Shown: piece after piece, positions 1 to 13,340 of the stretch | How the letters are laid out: each line of letters opens with the position of its first letter | Position numbering within the stretch: position 1 is the first letter of the stretch | Source: the human T2T-CHM13v2.0 reference genome, Homo sapiens | Direction: 5' to 3' (one strand) | Length of the DNA stretch: 64,000 nt | Assembly: GCF_009914755.1 (NCBI RefSeq) | Contig: NC_060944.1 | Notes under the pieces: generated by a model | Seen by the model: the letters and a program-made list of their open reading frames with translations, nothing else | What the model was told of the DNA's origin: nothing | The model's database searches: none | Made by a program: the position numbers and the translations under genes

Positions 1-1212
1 TGTATATAATGAATTGTTTGACCTATGACATAAAAAAATAATGTTTTTGCCAAACACAGCACAAAGGAGGTGGGTGAAAGAAGTTACTGGTGGTAACTTG
101 AATCCAGAGGAAGAAATAGAGGTTTGGAAATGATAAATGAGGAGATTAATATAGCAATATCTATAAATATATACTTGCTCTCTTTTCTTCTTTTAGATTA
201 TTTAAAAAGCATAAAATCATAAAGTTCTGTTTATAACAATTTATTGGGGGGTTGTAACATTTGTAGATGTTATAATAGCACAAAAACTGTCTCACTGGAA
301 TTTAGTATAAATCTGAAGCTGGTTTTGTTAAGTTTGGTGTTTATAATTAAAGTCCTGGAACAACCACAAAAGGAATAACCCAAGAAATAAAGTAAAAAAA
401 AAAATCACTAAAGAAATTAAAATGCTACACAAGAAAATATTCACTCCATACAAAAGAAAGCAATAAAGGGAAAATAGAGGAACAAAAAGAATGAGACATT
501 TAGAAAACAAAAAGTAAAATGACAGATGTAAATTCATCTACATCAATAATCACATTACATGTAAATGGATTGAACAACCCCATAAAAAGACAGAAATAGA
601 CTGGATTTTTAAAAAGATTCAATTATATGCTATTTACAGGAGCCACGTTCTAGACTCAAAAATACTACACTGAAAATCAAAGTTGGAAAAAGATGGATCA
701 TACACACAGCAACCATAAGAAAGCTGGAGTCACTGTGTTACTATCAAACAAATTTGGCTCTGAAACAAAAATAAATGTTACTGGAGATAAAAAGGAAAAT
801 TTAATAATGATAAAAAGGTCAATCCATCAGGAAGATATAACAATTATAAGCTTGTATACAATAAAAGACTACCAAAATACTAGAGGCAAGAACTGACAGA
901 AATGAAAGGAGAAATAGGGAGTTTGTTATCATCATCAACAACAACAAAACACTTGGAAACTTGAATATTCTGCTGTATTCCGATGAATACAGCTAGTTCA
1001 AAGATCAACAAGGAAGCAGAGACCTGAACAACACTACAGAGCAACCACACTTAACAAACATTTATTGACCACACCTAACAACAGTAGACTATACATTTGT
1101 CTTGATTCTTCTGCATTCTCCAAAATAGACTTTATGCTGGGCCAAAAATAAACCTTGCTAAATTTAACAACGTTCAAATAGTACAAAGTATCCTCTCTGA
1201 CCACAATGGAAT
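1..1212 (+). mobile_element. Old L1 (L1M-type) fragment: inter-ORF region and ORF2 endonuclease domain, decayed
   Basis: ORF 693-896 (KKAGVTVLLSNK...IMIKRSIHQEDITIISLY) resembles the L1 ORF2p APE endonuclease; A-rich sense strand; ends at tctctgaccacaatggaat. Confidence 0.8.
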
Positions 1213-1545
1213 GATACATGTTACAACATGGGTGATGAATCTTGAAAACATGCTAAGCAAAAATGCTAGTTGCAAAAGACTATACAAAACGTCCAGAAAG
1301 AGTATATCTACAGAGACAGAAAGTAAATTAGTAGTAGCTTAGGGCTCAGATGGGAGTGAGGCAGGGGAGAATAGGAGAGTGATACCTAAAGATTTCAGGC
1401 TTTCTTTTTGAGATCATAAAAATGTTCTAAACTTGATTGTGAGTATAATTGCACATATCTGTAAATACACTGAAATCATTGGATTATACACTTTAAATGG
1501 TTGAATTGTATTATATGTGAATTATATCCCAATAAAACTGTTTAA
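1213..1545 (+). mobile_element. L1M (L1MB/MC/ME-type) 3' UTR
   Basis: gatacatgttacaacatgg...cttgaaaacatgctaag...tatacactttaaatggttgaattgtattatatgtgaattatatcccaataaaactgtt is a typical L1M 3' end. Confidence 0.8.
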
Positions 1546-1559
1546 AACATGTTAGATAA

Positions 1560-2130
1560 TTCCCAAATAGAACATTATAATAATAAAATGTGCAATCCAC
1601 AATGAAGAACTAAGACCTATGAATATGAATGCATCAAATAATATAGCACTTATATTTTAGAAGCTGAAACTATAAGAAATACAGAGAAATTCACATAAAA
1701 ATTTTATGGCCTAATATTTTTATTTATTTATCTCATTCCATGACAGATTAAGTAGACAAAAATAAAAATTTACAAAACTTAAATGATATAATTTATTGCA
1801 GGGGTTCATATGCATATTTATATATACACACACATTGATTCTTGCCTAAAAACCAAGTATTAATTCTTCTAGACAAGCACCCCAGGAATACTCACAGAAG
1901 TTATCGAATATTAGACCTTAGAGGAAAATATAAGTAATATTTGAAATGTAAAAATAACGAAAATATGCTCTGATCACACTGCAAAAATCCAGAAATAAAT
2001 AAATCCAGAGAGAGAGAGACTTTTAGCTGACTTTCAAGGAAAAGAGTAAAAAGCAAACATAGATAAACTTTGGAAATGACAAAGAAGAAATAATCACAGG
2101 TACAGAAGAAACTTTAAATAATTATCTTAA
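1560..2130 (+). mobile_element. Highly decayed L1 ORF2 5' region
   Basis: caatccacaatgaaga...gaatgcatcaaataatatagc and tctgatcacactgcaaaa resemble the L1 endonuclease region. Confidence 0.5.
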
Positions 2131-2194
2131 GGTTGTACATCAAGGCCAGTTAAAGAAGTGAGGGGTATAACAGCTATGTGTGTTTTTAAAAAAA

Positions 2195-2509
<315 letters not shown>

Positions 2510-2749
2510 TCAGACGGTTTTTTCTTTCCCCTTCTATATTCCCTACTATTTTGTAAGAGTGTCAAATTCACAAAATCATAAAGAGTCACATTTGAATGTA
2601 TCCACGAAGATTGCTTATGTCTGGCAATCCTGAACACGAGGAGAATACCATGTCTGATGGAACTTTGTGTTTCCTTGGCTGGATTGATGAGCAGAAATGT
2701 CTACATGTTCACTGGAGTGAACATGCATTGGGAACTAAAAAATAGAAAG

Positions 2750-3265
2750 GTTGACTGTACCAGACCTGGGCTTAACTGTCTACAGATATATTTCTTATCT
2801 CTCCCGTCACCCTTTTTTTGTTGTTCTGCCTGGAATTAGAGGTGAGGTGAGGCTGATTCCTGCAGATTCTATACCTCAGGGTGGGTCAGCCAGCCTCTGA
2901 TAGGGTTTCACCTATGGTGGCACTGGTGGTGGTTAGAAAGGTGCAGGAAGGGTCCTTCTGTCATCCTTCTTCCTCTTGAGCAGATGATATCTTAGTAGCC
3001 CTGTCTCCCTGTGTGGTTCCAGCTCTTCTATGCCATGATGGTTCCAACCTGCACTGGAACCCCTGTCTCTTGGGTTTCACTAACATTGCTTCTTCCCTCT
3101 CTCACATCAGCCTAGGATGGTAGCACCTTCCTGCTGCAGCTAATCTCAGATTGTTTCATATTCCCATGTGTCTTCCCAGTACTTCCATCACCTCTGTAAT
3201 CAGCACACTCTGCCTCACCCCCAAGCACCATTACTAAAACCCTCAAGTGGGTTTTACCAACCCTT
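2750..3265 (+). mobile_element. ERVL solo LTR (LTR33-like)
   Basis: cagcctaggatggtagcaccttcctgctgcagctaatctc...catcacctctgtaatcag resembles the recalled LTR33 3' half. Confidence 0.55.
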
Positions 3266-3299
3266 TTGATTATCAGTACATCAAGAAATATATTCTGCA

Positions 3300-3458
3300 G
3301 TTACACGTGTGCATGTGTGAAGTGACATATTTCTAAGTTTATTATTTGCTTTAATGTTTACAGTAGTTGAAAAATTAGAATAAGGCACTGTTAATAATGG
3401 TATACCCATAAAATGGAATGTTGTATAGGCATTAAAAAGAATAAGGCAAAATTTTATG
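3300..3458 (+). mobile_element. L1ME-type 3' end, left part; continues at about 6245-6370
   Basis: tggtatacccataaaatggaatg...attaaaaagaataagg; resumes after the L1MA as gaatctccaagatatattgttaa. Confidence 0.55.
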
Positions 3459-3459
3459 C

Positions 3460-6241
3460 TTTAAAATAATTTTAGTTAACAGGTAATAATGGTACATATT
3501 TATGGGATACAAAGTGATATCTCAATAACTGTATACGATGTGTAATGATCAAATCAGGGTAATTGGCATATCCATCACCTCAAACACTTATCATTTCTTT
3601 GTGCTTTGAACATTCAAAATCCTGTCTTCTAGCTTTTGAAAATATACAACAAATTATAGTTAACCATATTCACCTTACAGTGCTGCAGAACAGCAGAACT
3701 CATTCCTCCTATCTAGCTGTAATTTTGTACCCATTAACTAATCTCTCCACATTCTTCCCTACCCCCTACCCTTCCAAGCCTCTGTTACTCACATTCAATG
3801 AGCTCAATTTTTTTCAGCTCTCACATATGAATGAGAACATGTGGTATTTATCTTTCTGTGTCTGACTTACTTTGCTTAATGTAATATCTTTCAGTCTTAT
3901 TCACATTACCACGAGTGACAGGATTTCATTCTGTTTTTATGACTGAATCGTATTCCATTGTGTATATATATCACATTGTTTTTATCCATTCATCTATTGA
4001 TGGACATGTAGGTTAATTACATATCTAAGCTACTGTGAATAGTGCTGCAGTAAACATGGGAGTGCAGGAATCCCTTTGACATACTGATTTCCTTTCCTTT
4101 GGATAAATACCCAGTAGTGGGATTGCTGGATCATATAGCAGTACTATTTTGAGTTTTTTGAAATACCTTCACAGTGTTTTCCATAATGGCTGTACCAATT
4201 TACAGTCCCATCAATAGTGTATAAGAGTTCTTTTTTTCTTCATCCATGTCAGCAAATGCTATTGTTTGTCTTTTTGAAAATAGCCATTCTAATTGGGGTG
4301 AGATCATATATTTTTGTGGTTGTGATTTGCATCATTTCCCTGTTGATTAGTGATGTTCAACACTTTTTTTTTTTTTTTTTTTTTTTTTTTGAGACAGAAT
4401 CTTGCTGTCACCCAGGCTGGAGTGCAGTGGTGCGATCACGGCTCACGGCAGCCTTGACCTCCCAGGCTCAAGCAATCCTCCCACTTTAGCCTTCTGAGTA
4501 GCTGGAACTGCAGCTGTACACCACCACACCTGGCTAATTTTTGTAATTTTTGTAGAGATGAGGTTTTGCCATGTTGCCCAGGCAGACTCCTGGGCTGAAA
4601 CAATTCACCTGCCTTGGCCTCCCATGGTATTGGGATTGCAAGCATGAGCCACCTGTTGTATTGAGTTCCTTTTATGCTCTGGATATTAGTCCTTTGTTGA
4701 ATGGATAGCTTGCTAATATTTTCTCCTGTTAAATAGATTGTTTCTTGTCTCTTCACTCCGTTGTTGCTTTTGCTATACTGAAGTTTTTTAATTTGATATA
4801 GTCTAATTTAGCTATTTTTGTTATGTTGCCTGTGTTTTTGAAATCTTAGCAATAAAATCTTCACCAAGACCTAAGACATTTCTCCTGTTTTCTTCTAGTC
4901 TAGTAGTTTTATCGTTTCAGATCTTATGCTTAAGTCTTTAACGTATTTTGAGTGAATTTTTGTGTATGGTGAGAGATGGGGATGTAGTTTCATTTTTCTG
5001 CACATGGATATCCATTTTCCCAGCACCATTTATTTAAGAGGATATCCTTTCCCCAGTGTAGGTTCATGGCACCTTTGTAAAACATTAGTTGGCTGTAAAT
5101 ATATGGATTTGTTTCTGGTTTCTCTATATTGTTCCATTGGTCTATGTGTCTCTTTTTATACTAATACTATGCTGTTTTGGTTACTACAGCTTTTTCTATT
5201 TTTTTGAAGAATGTCATTGGTATTTTTACTGGGATTGCATTGATTCTGTAGATTGCTTTGGGTAGTATTGTCATTTTAACAATATTAATTCCTCAAATCC
5301 ATGAACATGGGTGTCTTTCCATTTGTCTGTGTCCTCTTCAGTTTATTTCATCAATGTTTTGTAGTTTTAATTATTGAGGCCTTTCACTTCTTTGGTTAAA
5401 TTTATTCCTAGGCATTGGTATTTTATTTTTTGTAGCTACTGTAAATGGGATTGCTTTCACTGGATTGCCAATGGAAAGGAAATCATTGCCTGTAGCTGAA
5501 TAATAAAGTAACTGAAAAAGAAATAAAGACAATGATTTCCTTTTCAGCTACTTTATGATTGATGTATAGAAATGCTACTGATTTTTGTATGTTGATTTTG
5601 TGTACTGCAACTTTACTTCATTCATTGCTCCTTTTTCAGAGAATTTTGGTTTTTAGGTTTTTCTAGGTAGAAGATCATATCATCTGCAAAGGAACAATCT
5701 GACTTTCTGTTTTCCAATTTGGATGCCCTTTATTTTTTTCTCTTGCCTGATTGCTCTGGCTAGGACTCCCAGTCCTACATTAAATAAGAGTGGTAAAAAT
5801 GGGCATCCTTTTCTTGTTCCAGTTCTTAGAGGAAAGGCTTTCAGCTTTTCCCCATTCAGTAAGATGTTAGCTGTGGGTTTGTTGAATATAGCCTTTATTG
5901 TGTTGAAGTGTATTCCTTCTAAATTTTTTAGCGTTCTTATCATAAGGAGGTATTCAATTTTATTAGATGCTTTTTCTGTGTCTGTTGAAGTGATTGTATG
6001 GTTTTGTCCTTCATTCTGTTGATGTGATGTATCCTATTGATCAATTTGCATATGTAGAACCATTCTTTCACCCCTAGAATGAATCCCATTTGAATATGGT
6101 GTATCATCTTTATGACGTGTTGTTGAATTTGGCTTGCTAGTATTTTCTCAAGGATTTTTGCATGTATTTTCATCTGCGTTATTGGCCTATAGTTTTGTTG
6201 CTGTTTGTGGTGTGTCCTTGTCTGGTTTTGGTATCAGGGTA
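3460..6241 (-). mobile_element. L1MA-type LINE, 5'-truncated (ORF2 reverse transcriptase to 3' UTR), interrupted by an Alu
   Basis: ORFs 5680-5943 ([27 protein letters not shown]) and 5940-6173 ([11 protein letters not shown]) are L1 RT motifs; 3' end tgtaatgatcaaatcagggtaattggcatatccatcacctc; candidate TSD aattttatg at about 3450 and 6245. Confidence 0.92.
4364..4653 (-). mobile_element. AluJ-type, lacking its first few bases
   Basis: poly(T)-gagacag...gctcacggcagccttgacctcccaggctcaagcaatcctcc (J diagnostics). Confidence 0.93.
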
Positions 6242-6395
6242 AAGAATTTTATGATTTGGAGTGAAAAGAATCTCCAAGATATATTGTTAAAGGACAAAAA
6301 TGAGGTGTAGACCATGTATATATATCTCAAAATTATACATTTGAAATGGAAGAATAATGGAGTGACATAATTTTTAAATTTTTTTAAATTAAAAA

Positions 6396-6696
6396 ATTAT
6401 TTTATTTTTGAGACAGGGTTTTGCTCTGTCACCCAGGCTGGAGTGCAGTGCTGCGACCGTGGCTCACCGCAGCTTAATCTCCTAGGCTCACTCAAGTGAT
6501 CCTCCTGCCTCAGCCTCTCAAGTAGCTGGGACCACCGGTGCGCAGCACCATGCCTGGCTATTATTCTTATTTTTTGTAGAGATGAGGGTCTCACTATGTT
6601 GCCCAGGCTAGTGTCAAATACCTGAGCTCAAGTGATCCTCCCACCTCAGCTTCCCAAGGTGCTAGGATTACAAGAATGAGCCACCATGCTCAGCCC
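6396..6696 (-). mobile_element. AluJ-type
   Basis: gagacagggttttgctctgtcacccaggctgg...tctcactatgttgcccaggct...gagccaccatgctcagcc. Confidence 0.93.
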
Positions 6697-6865
6697 ATGT
6701 AGTCAATAAGGATGATAAGGAGACTTTTTGATATTGCCTACTTTTTCTACCTTCTATGCATTTGTTAACATTCCAAAATTTTGTAATCTTTAAATAAAAA
6801 TGATTATTATTAAACACGAAAATGTATATAAGGTGCCTAGCATAGTTAAAACAACAACAACAACA

Positions 6866-7078
6866 AGAGCCTGAGCTGCCAAAGTGGGCTCACTGGATTT
6901 GAAAGTTTCCTCTACTCTTTATTAGCTACATGACCCTGATTAATATCCTTAACCTTTCTAAGAGACAGCTTACTCACTTATAAAATGGGGATAATAATAG
7001 TACCTGCCTCATAGCGTGGGGGTATAGTGAGATGACCCATGAATAATACTTAACATAGAGCACAGCCTATAATGAGTC
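6866..7078 (+). mobile_element. MIR SINE
   Basis: MIR core: ttagctacatgacc...tataaaatggggataataatagtacctgcctcatag. Confidence 0.8.
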
Positions 7079-7849
7079 TTTTTAATCACCTTGGACTATC
7101 TTGTTTTCACTCTAATCTTAAAATTAAAGGAGATTTCTTTATCCAAACCTAGGATGAGTGTGTGAGGCAGCATGGTGGAGCCATCTAGGGGAAAAGCAAA
7201 GAAAAAGATTTCTCCCTGTCTATCCCTACTCTGTACCTAACTCATAGATCAAGGAATTTGGTCCCTAAAGGGAAGGAGCCCCCACCCCCACCCATGTAGC
7301 TATTACTTGGGAGCTGTTTTCTAGCAGAGCCCTTTCATGTCACCACCACCCTCATGAAGGTGTTAAGATGTTTATAACAGTGATCTGTGGCACTAAATCA
7401 AAGTGCACCAAAGTAATAAACATGAGGATGAAAGCAGGTGGGGCTTGAGGGATGGAAGATGGTGATTATATTTGAATTCTGAATTGAGCAGTTAGAAAAA
7501 AATAGACTCTAGCAGCACCTTTTAACACACATATTTACAGTGGCCAGACATGCATGTCTTCCAGCAAGGAAGAGGAAGAAGAAGGAGAAGGAGAGACAAA
7601 TTAAGATTTTTTATCAAAGAAACTCCATATTTTTTATTGTAGTGGGAACAACAGATTGCTCCCCAGGTGAAAGATCTGCATTGATAAGCATTAAAAAGCA
7701 CCAGAATGTTATTTCTTCAGCCTCTGTAGGAATCTTTCCCACCACGCTGATGGGAACTAAGGAAGTGTGCGCCCTCTTTCTGGACAGTAGAAGAACTTCA
7801 TGGACAACTCCAAATTCAAGGATGACTAGTCAGGATAAAAAGAGGCTAT

Positions 7850-9094
<1,245 letters not shown>

Positions 9095-9337
9095 TGTATC
9101 AATCAGGTTTCCTAGTGGCAGACAAGAGAATCTTCTCTAGGTAGTTTTAGCAGACAAGTCTTTGTTAAAAGATCCTTGGTCATCTACAGAATTTTTGGGA
9201 GGACCATTATACACTCAAGAACCAAGCAGTCTGAGAAAACAACTAACCACACCCACCCACTCTTTGGCAGCTATACAGTAGCAAGAGAAACCCAGTGTCT
9301 CTGATCCATCTGTTCCAGATCTGAGTGCTCCTGTGAC
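9095..9337 (-). mobile_element. Old MLT1-type MaLR LTR, left part; continues at about 12600-12755 and 13040-13100
   Basis: tgtatcaatcaggtttcctag terminus; downstream part gatcacatgc...ctggctgcaaggaagtctgggaaatgtagt...ctttctagcc. Confidence 0.55.
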
Positions 9338-9420
9338 ACACATACATAGTTCAGCGGTATTGTGGGTTCAGTCCTAGGTCACTGCAATAAAGTGTATATC
9401 CCAGCAAAATGAGTCATACA

Positions 9421-9628
9421 GATTTTTTTAGTTTTACATTTATCACTGTAAAACCAATAACAATTTTACAACTAGTTTTGTACATAGCTGTTATATGTAG
9501 GGCCATCTGTCTTTAAGTAGGGATACATTACTGTAAAAAAGAAAAAGAATCCTAGATAGTTTTTCCTTCAAGTCAAGTATTTGTAGTTTGAATACATCTC
9601 CTGTTTTTTTTCTTAAAAAAAAAAAAAA
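9421..9628 (+). pseudogene. SUMO2: 5'-truncated processed retrocopy of an mRNA 3' UTR end, recognised as SUMO2, with an A14 tail
   Basis: catttatcactgtaaaacc...tagctgttatatgtagggccatctgtctttaagtagggata...aaagaatcctagatagtttttccttcaagtcaag matches my recollection of the distal SUMO2 3' UTR; decayed poly(A) signal aataca at 9591; A run 9615-9628. Confidence 0.75.
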
Positions 9629-11278
9629 GTTGGAGTCAATCCTCTGAAATCCTGCCATGGCTTTAACAACTAAATTATGTAATATTCTTAATTTTTTATT
9701 GTCATTTAATAATGTTCACTGCATCTTCTGCAGTAGATTCCATCTCAAGAAACCAGTTTCTTTGGTTATTCATAAGAAGCAACTCCTCAACCATTAAAGT
9801 TTTATCAAGAGATTGCAGCAATTCAGTCACACCTTCAGGCTTCACTTTTAATTCTAGTTCTCTTGCTATTTCCACTGTATCTGCAGTGGCTTCTTCCAAT
9901 AAAGTCTTAAACCCCCCAAAGTCATCCATGAGGGTTGGAATCAACTTCTTCCAATCTCCTGATCATGTTGATATTTTTGCCTCCTCCTATGAATTATGAA
10001 TGTTTTTAATGGCATCTAGCATTGTGAATCTTTTCCAGAAGGTTTTCAATTTACTTTACCTAGATCCATTAGAGGAATCACTATCTATAGCAGATAAAGC
10101 CTTACAAAACATATTTCTTAACAAGACTGGAAGATCAAAATTACTCTTTGAATCATGAGCTTCCAAATAGATATTGTGTTAGCAGCTATGAAAACAAGAT
10201 TAATCTCCTTGTACATCTCCATCAGAGGTCTTGGGTGACCAGTTGTATTGTCAATGAGCAGTAATGCTTTAAAAAGGATCTTTTTTTCTGAGCAGGAGGT
10301 CTCAATAGTTGGCTTAGAAGATTCAGTAAACCATGGTAAACAGATGTGTCATTATCCAGGCTTTGTGATCCATTTCTAGAGCACAGGCAGAGTAGATTTA
10401 GCATAATTCTTAAGAGTCCTAGGATTTTTGGAATGATAAATGAGCATTGGCTTCAACTTAAACTCACGAGCTGCATTAGTCCCTAACAAGAGCCTCAGCC
10501 TGTTCTTTGAATCTTTGAAGCCAGGAATTGACTTCTCCTTATGAAAGTCCTAGATGGCATTGTTTTCCAATAGACAGCTGCTTTGTCTACAATGAAAATC
10601 TTTTGTTTAGTGAGCCACCTTCATCAATCAGCTTACCTAGATCTGGATAACTTGCTGCAACTTCTCTGTCAGCACTTGCTGCTTTACATTGCATTTTTAT
10701 GTTATGGAGATAGCTCCTTTCCTCAAACCTCATGAAACAACCTCTGCTAGCTTCAATCTTTCTTCTGCAGCTTCCTTATCTTTTTCAGCCTTAATGGAAT
10801 TGAAGAGAGTTAGGACTTTGCTCTGGATTAGGCTTTGGCTTAAGGAAACATTGAGGCTGGTTTCATTTTCCATCCAGACCACTCAAACTTTCTCCATACC
10901 AGCAAGAAGATTGTTTTATTTTCTTATCATTTGTTCACTGGAATAGCATTTTTAATTTCCTTCAAAAACTTTTTCTTTGCATTCACAACTTCACTGTTTG
11001 GCACAAGGAGAATAACTTTTGGCCCGTCTCAGCTTTTAACGTGCCTTCCTTAGTAAGCTTAATAATTTTTAGCTTTTGATTTAAAGTAAGAGATGTGTGA
11101 CTCTTCCTTTAACTTGAAGACTTAAAGGCCATTTTAGGGTTATTAATCTACCTAATTTCCATATTGTTGTGTCTCAAGGATTAGAGAGGCCTGAGGAGAG
11201 GGAGAGAGATGGGGGAACCGTTGGTTGGTAGAGCAGTCAGAACACACACAACGTTTATTGATTAATTTCCCCATCTTA

Positions 11279-11773
<495 letters not shown>

Positions 11774-11877
11774 TCAATACAGGGTTGCCACAAACTTTCA
11801 ATTTGTAAAAAACACAGTATTTGTGGAGTGCAATAAAGTGAACCGTAATAACACAGGACATGCCCATGCTTTGCCCC

Positions 11878-12192
11878 TCCCTGCTTTATTGAGGTACAGT
11901 TGACAAATAAAAAATTACATGTATTTAAGGTATGCGACATGGTGTTTTGATAGAAGTACATATTACCTCTTGTAATGATTCCACAATCAAACTAATGTAT
12001 GTATCCATCATTTTATGTAGTTACCAAGTATGTGTGTGTGGTGAGAATACTTGTAAGTTACTCTCTTAGCAAATTATGTTTATCATACATTATTATTAAC
12101 TATAATTACCATTTGCCATACATTACTGCTAACTGTATTTACCATGCTGTACTCACCACATTTAACATGTTTAGATTCCACATATAGATGAT
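11878..12192 (-). mobile_element. L1MA-type 3' end, split by THE1; remainder at about 12557-12585
   Basis: gctttattgaggtacagttgacaaataaaaaattacatgtatttaagg...ctctcttagcaaatt...ttagattccacatat. Confidence 0.8.
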
Positions 12193-12556
12193 TATATTAG
12201 TCCGTTCTCATGCTGCTAATAAAGTCATACCACAGACTGGGTAATTTATAAAGGAAAGAGGTTTAATAGACTCACAGTTCCACATGACTGTAGAGGCCTC
12301 GCAATCATGGCAGAAGGTGAAGGAGGAGCAAAGGCATGTCTTACATGGAGGCAAGCAAGAGAGCATGTGCAGGGGAACTGCCCTTTATAAAACCATCAGA
12401 TTTCTTGAGACTTATTCACTATCACAAGAACAGCACAGGAAAAACCCGCCCCATGATTCAATTACCTTCCAACCAGGTCCCTCCCATGACATGTGAGGAT
12501 TAGGGGAGCTACAATTCAAGAAGAGATTTGTATGGGGACATAGCCAAACCATATCA
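12193..12556 (-). mobile_element. THE1 (THE1C-like) MaLR solo LTR
   Basis: tattagtccgttctcatgctgctaataaag...gccaaaccatatca; 5 bp TSD atgat/gtgat. Confidence 0.92.
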
Positions 12557-12757
12557 GTGATATTATCTACTATTTGTCTGCTGTATTTGGGATATACTTG
12601 CCAGAAATTCGTCTGTCTCCCATGTGTCCATGGACTTATGGTTTCATTTTCACTTCTTCATATTGAAGGGTATTTCTGATTGACAGGAAGATCACATGCA
12701 AAACCCTGGCTGCAAGGAAGTCTGGGAAATGTAGTATTCAGCTTTCTAGCCACATAG

Positions 12758-13036
12758 CAGTGCTATTTAAAGTGTGTTTCATGGACCAGCGGCAGGTCTC
12801 ATTTTGCTAGTTGTCAAAGAAATGGTACGTACAGAAATTAAGAGTAGTTCTTTAGAAATCCTTTATCTATTTAACAGAGTAGTAGAGTCTGTTGAATATG
12901 ATAATTTTTAAGTGAGGTTTATTTTTTGTGTTTTAAATTTTGTTGTTTTTTTTCTTGTTGTATATTACAAAAGTATTGATCTGTGGCAGATTGAAAAGAA
13001 ACTGGTATGTACCACGGATAATTTGAGAAAAATTGT
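12758..13036. mobile_element. MER5C-like hAT-Charlie MITE
   Basis: cagtgctatttaaagtgtg...tacagaaattaagagt...tctgttgaat...taccacggataatttgagaaaaattg. Confidence 0.7.
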
Positions 13037-13340
13037 TATATAAAATACCTGTCAGTTAGCTAGAAGGAGGTTGAAATGAATGCCAAAAGAGCCAATGTAT
13101 ATTAGATAAGAGAAAGACATTCTCTTCTATGCAAAGATGTAGAGCCTATATATCATGATACCCTTTCTGGAAAAATGAAAACACTAGAGAATAGAATAAA
13201 AATAAAAACATCTCCAGACTGGGAAAGTAATGGCGTAAGAGATCTAATGATGAATATTTAAACCAGTTAAACATAGAATTGTAAGTATTGTTGAAAAAAT
13301 ATAATACACATTTAAAAATCTCCTTTCCTTTGTAAATGGG

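Noticed and set aside
9702-10946. Transposase-like ORFs as a domesticated TIGD-type gene
   Set aside because: The Tigger1 frame is broken into short pieces by stops and frameshifts.
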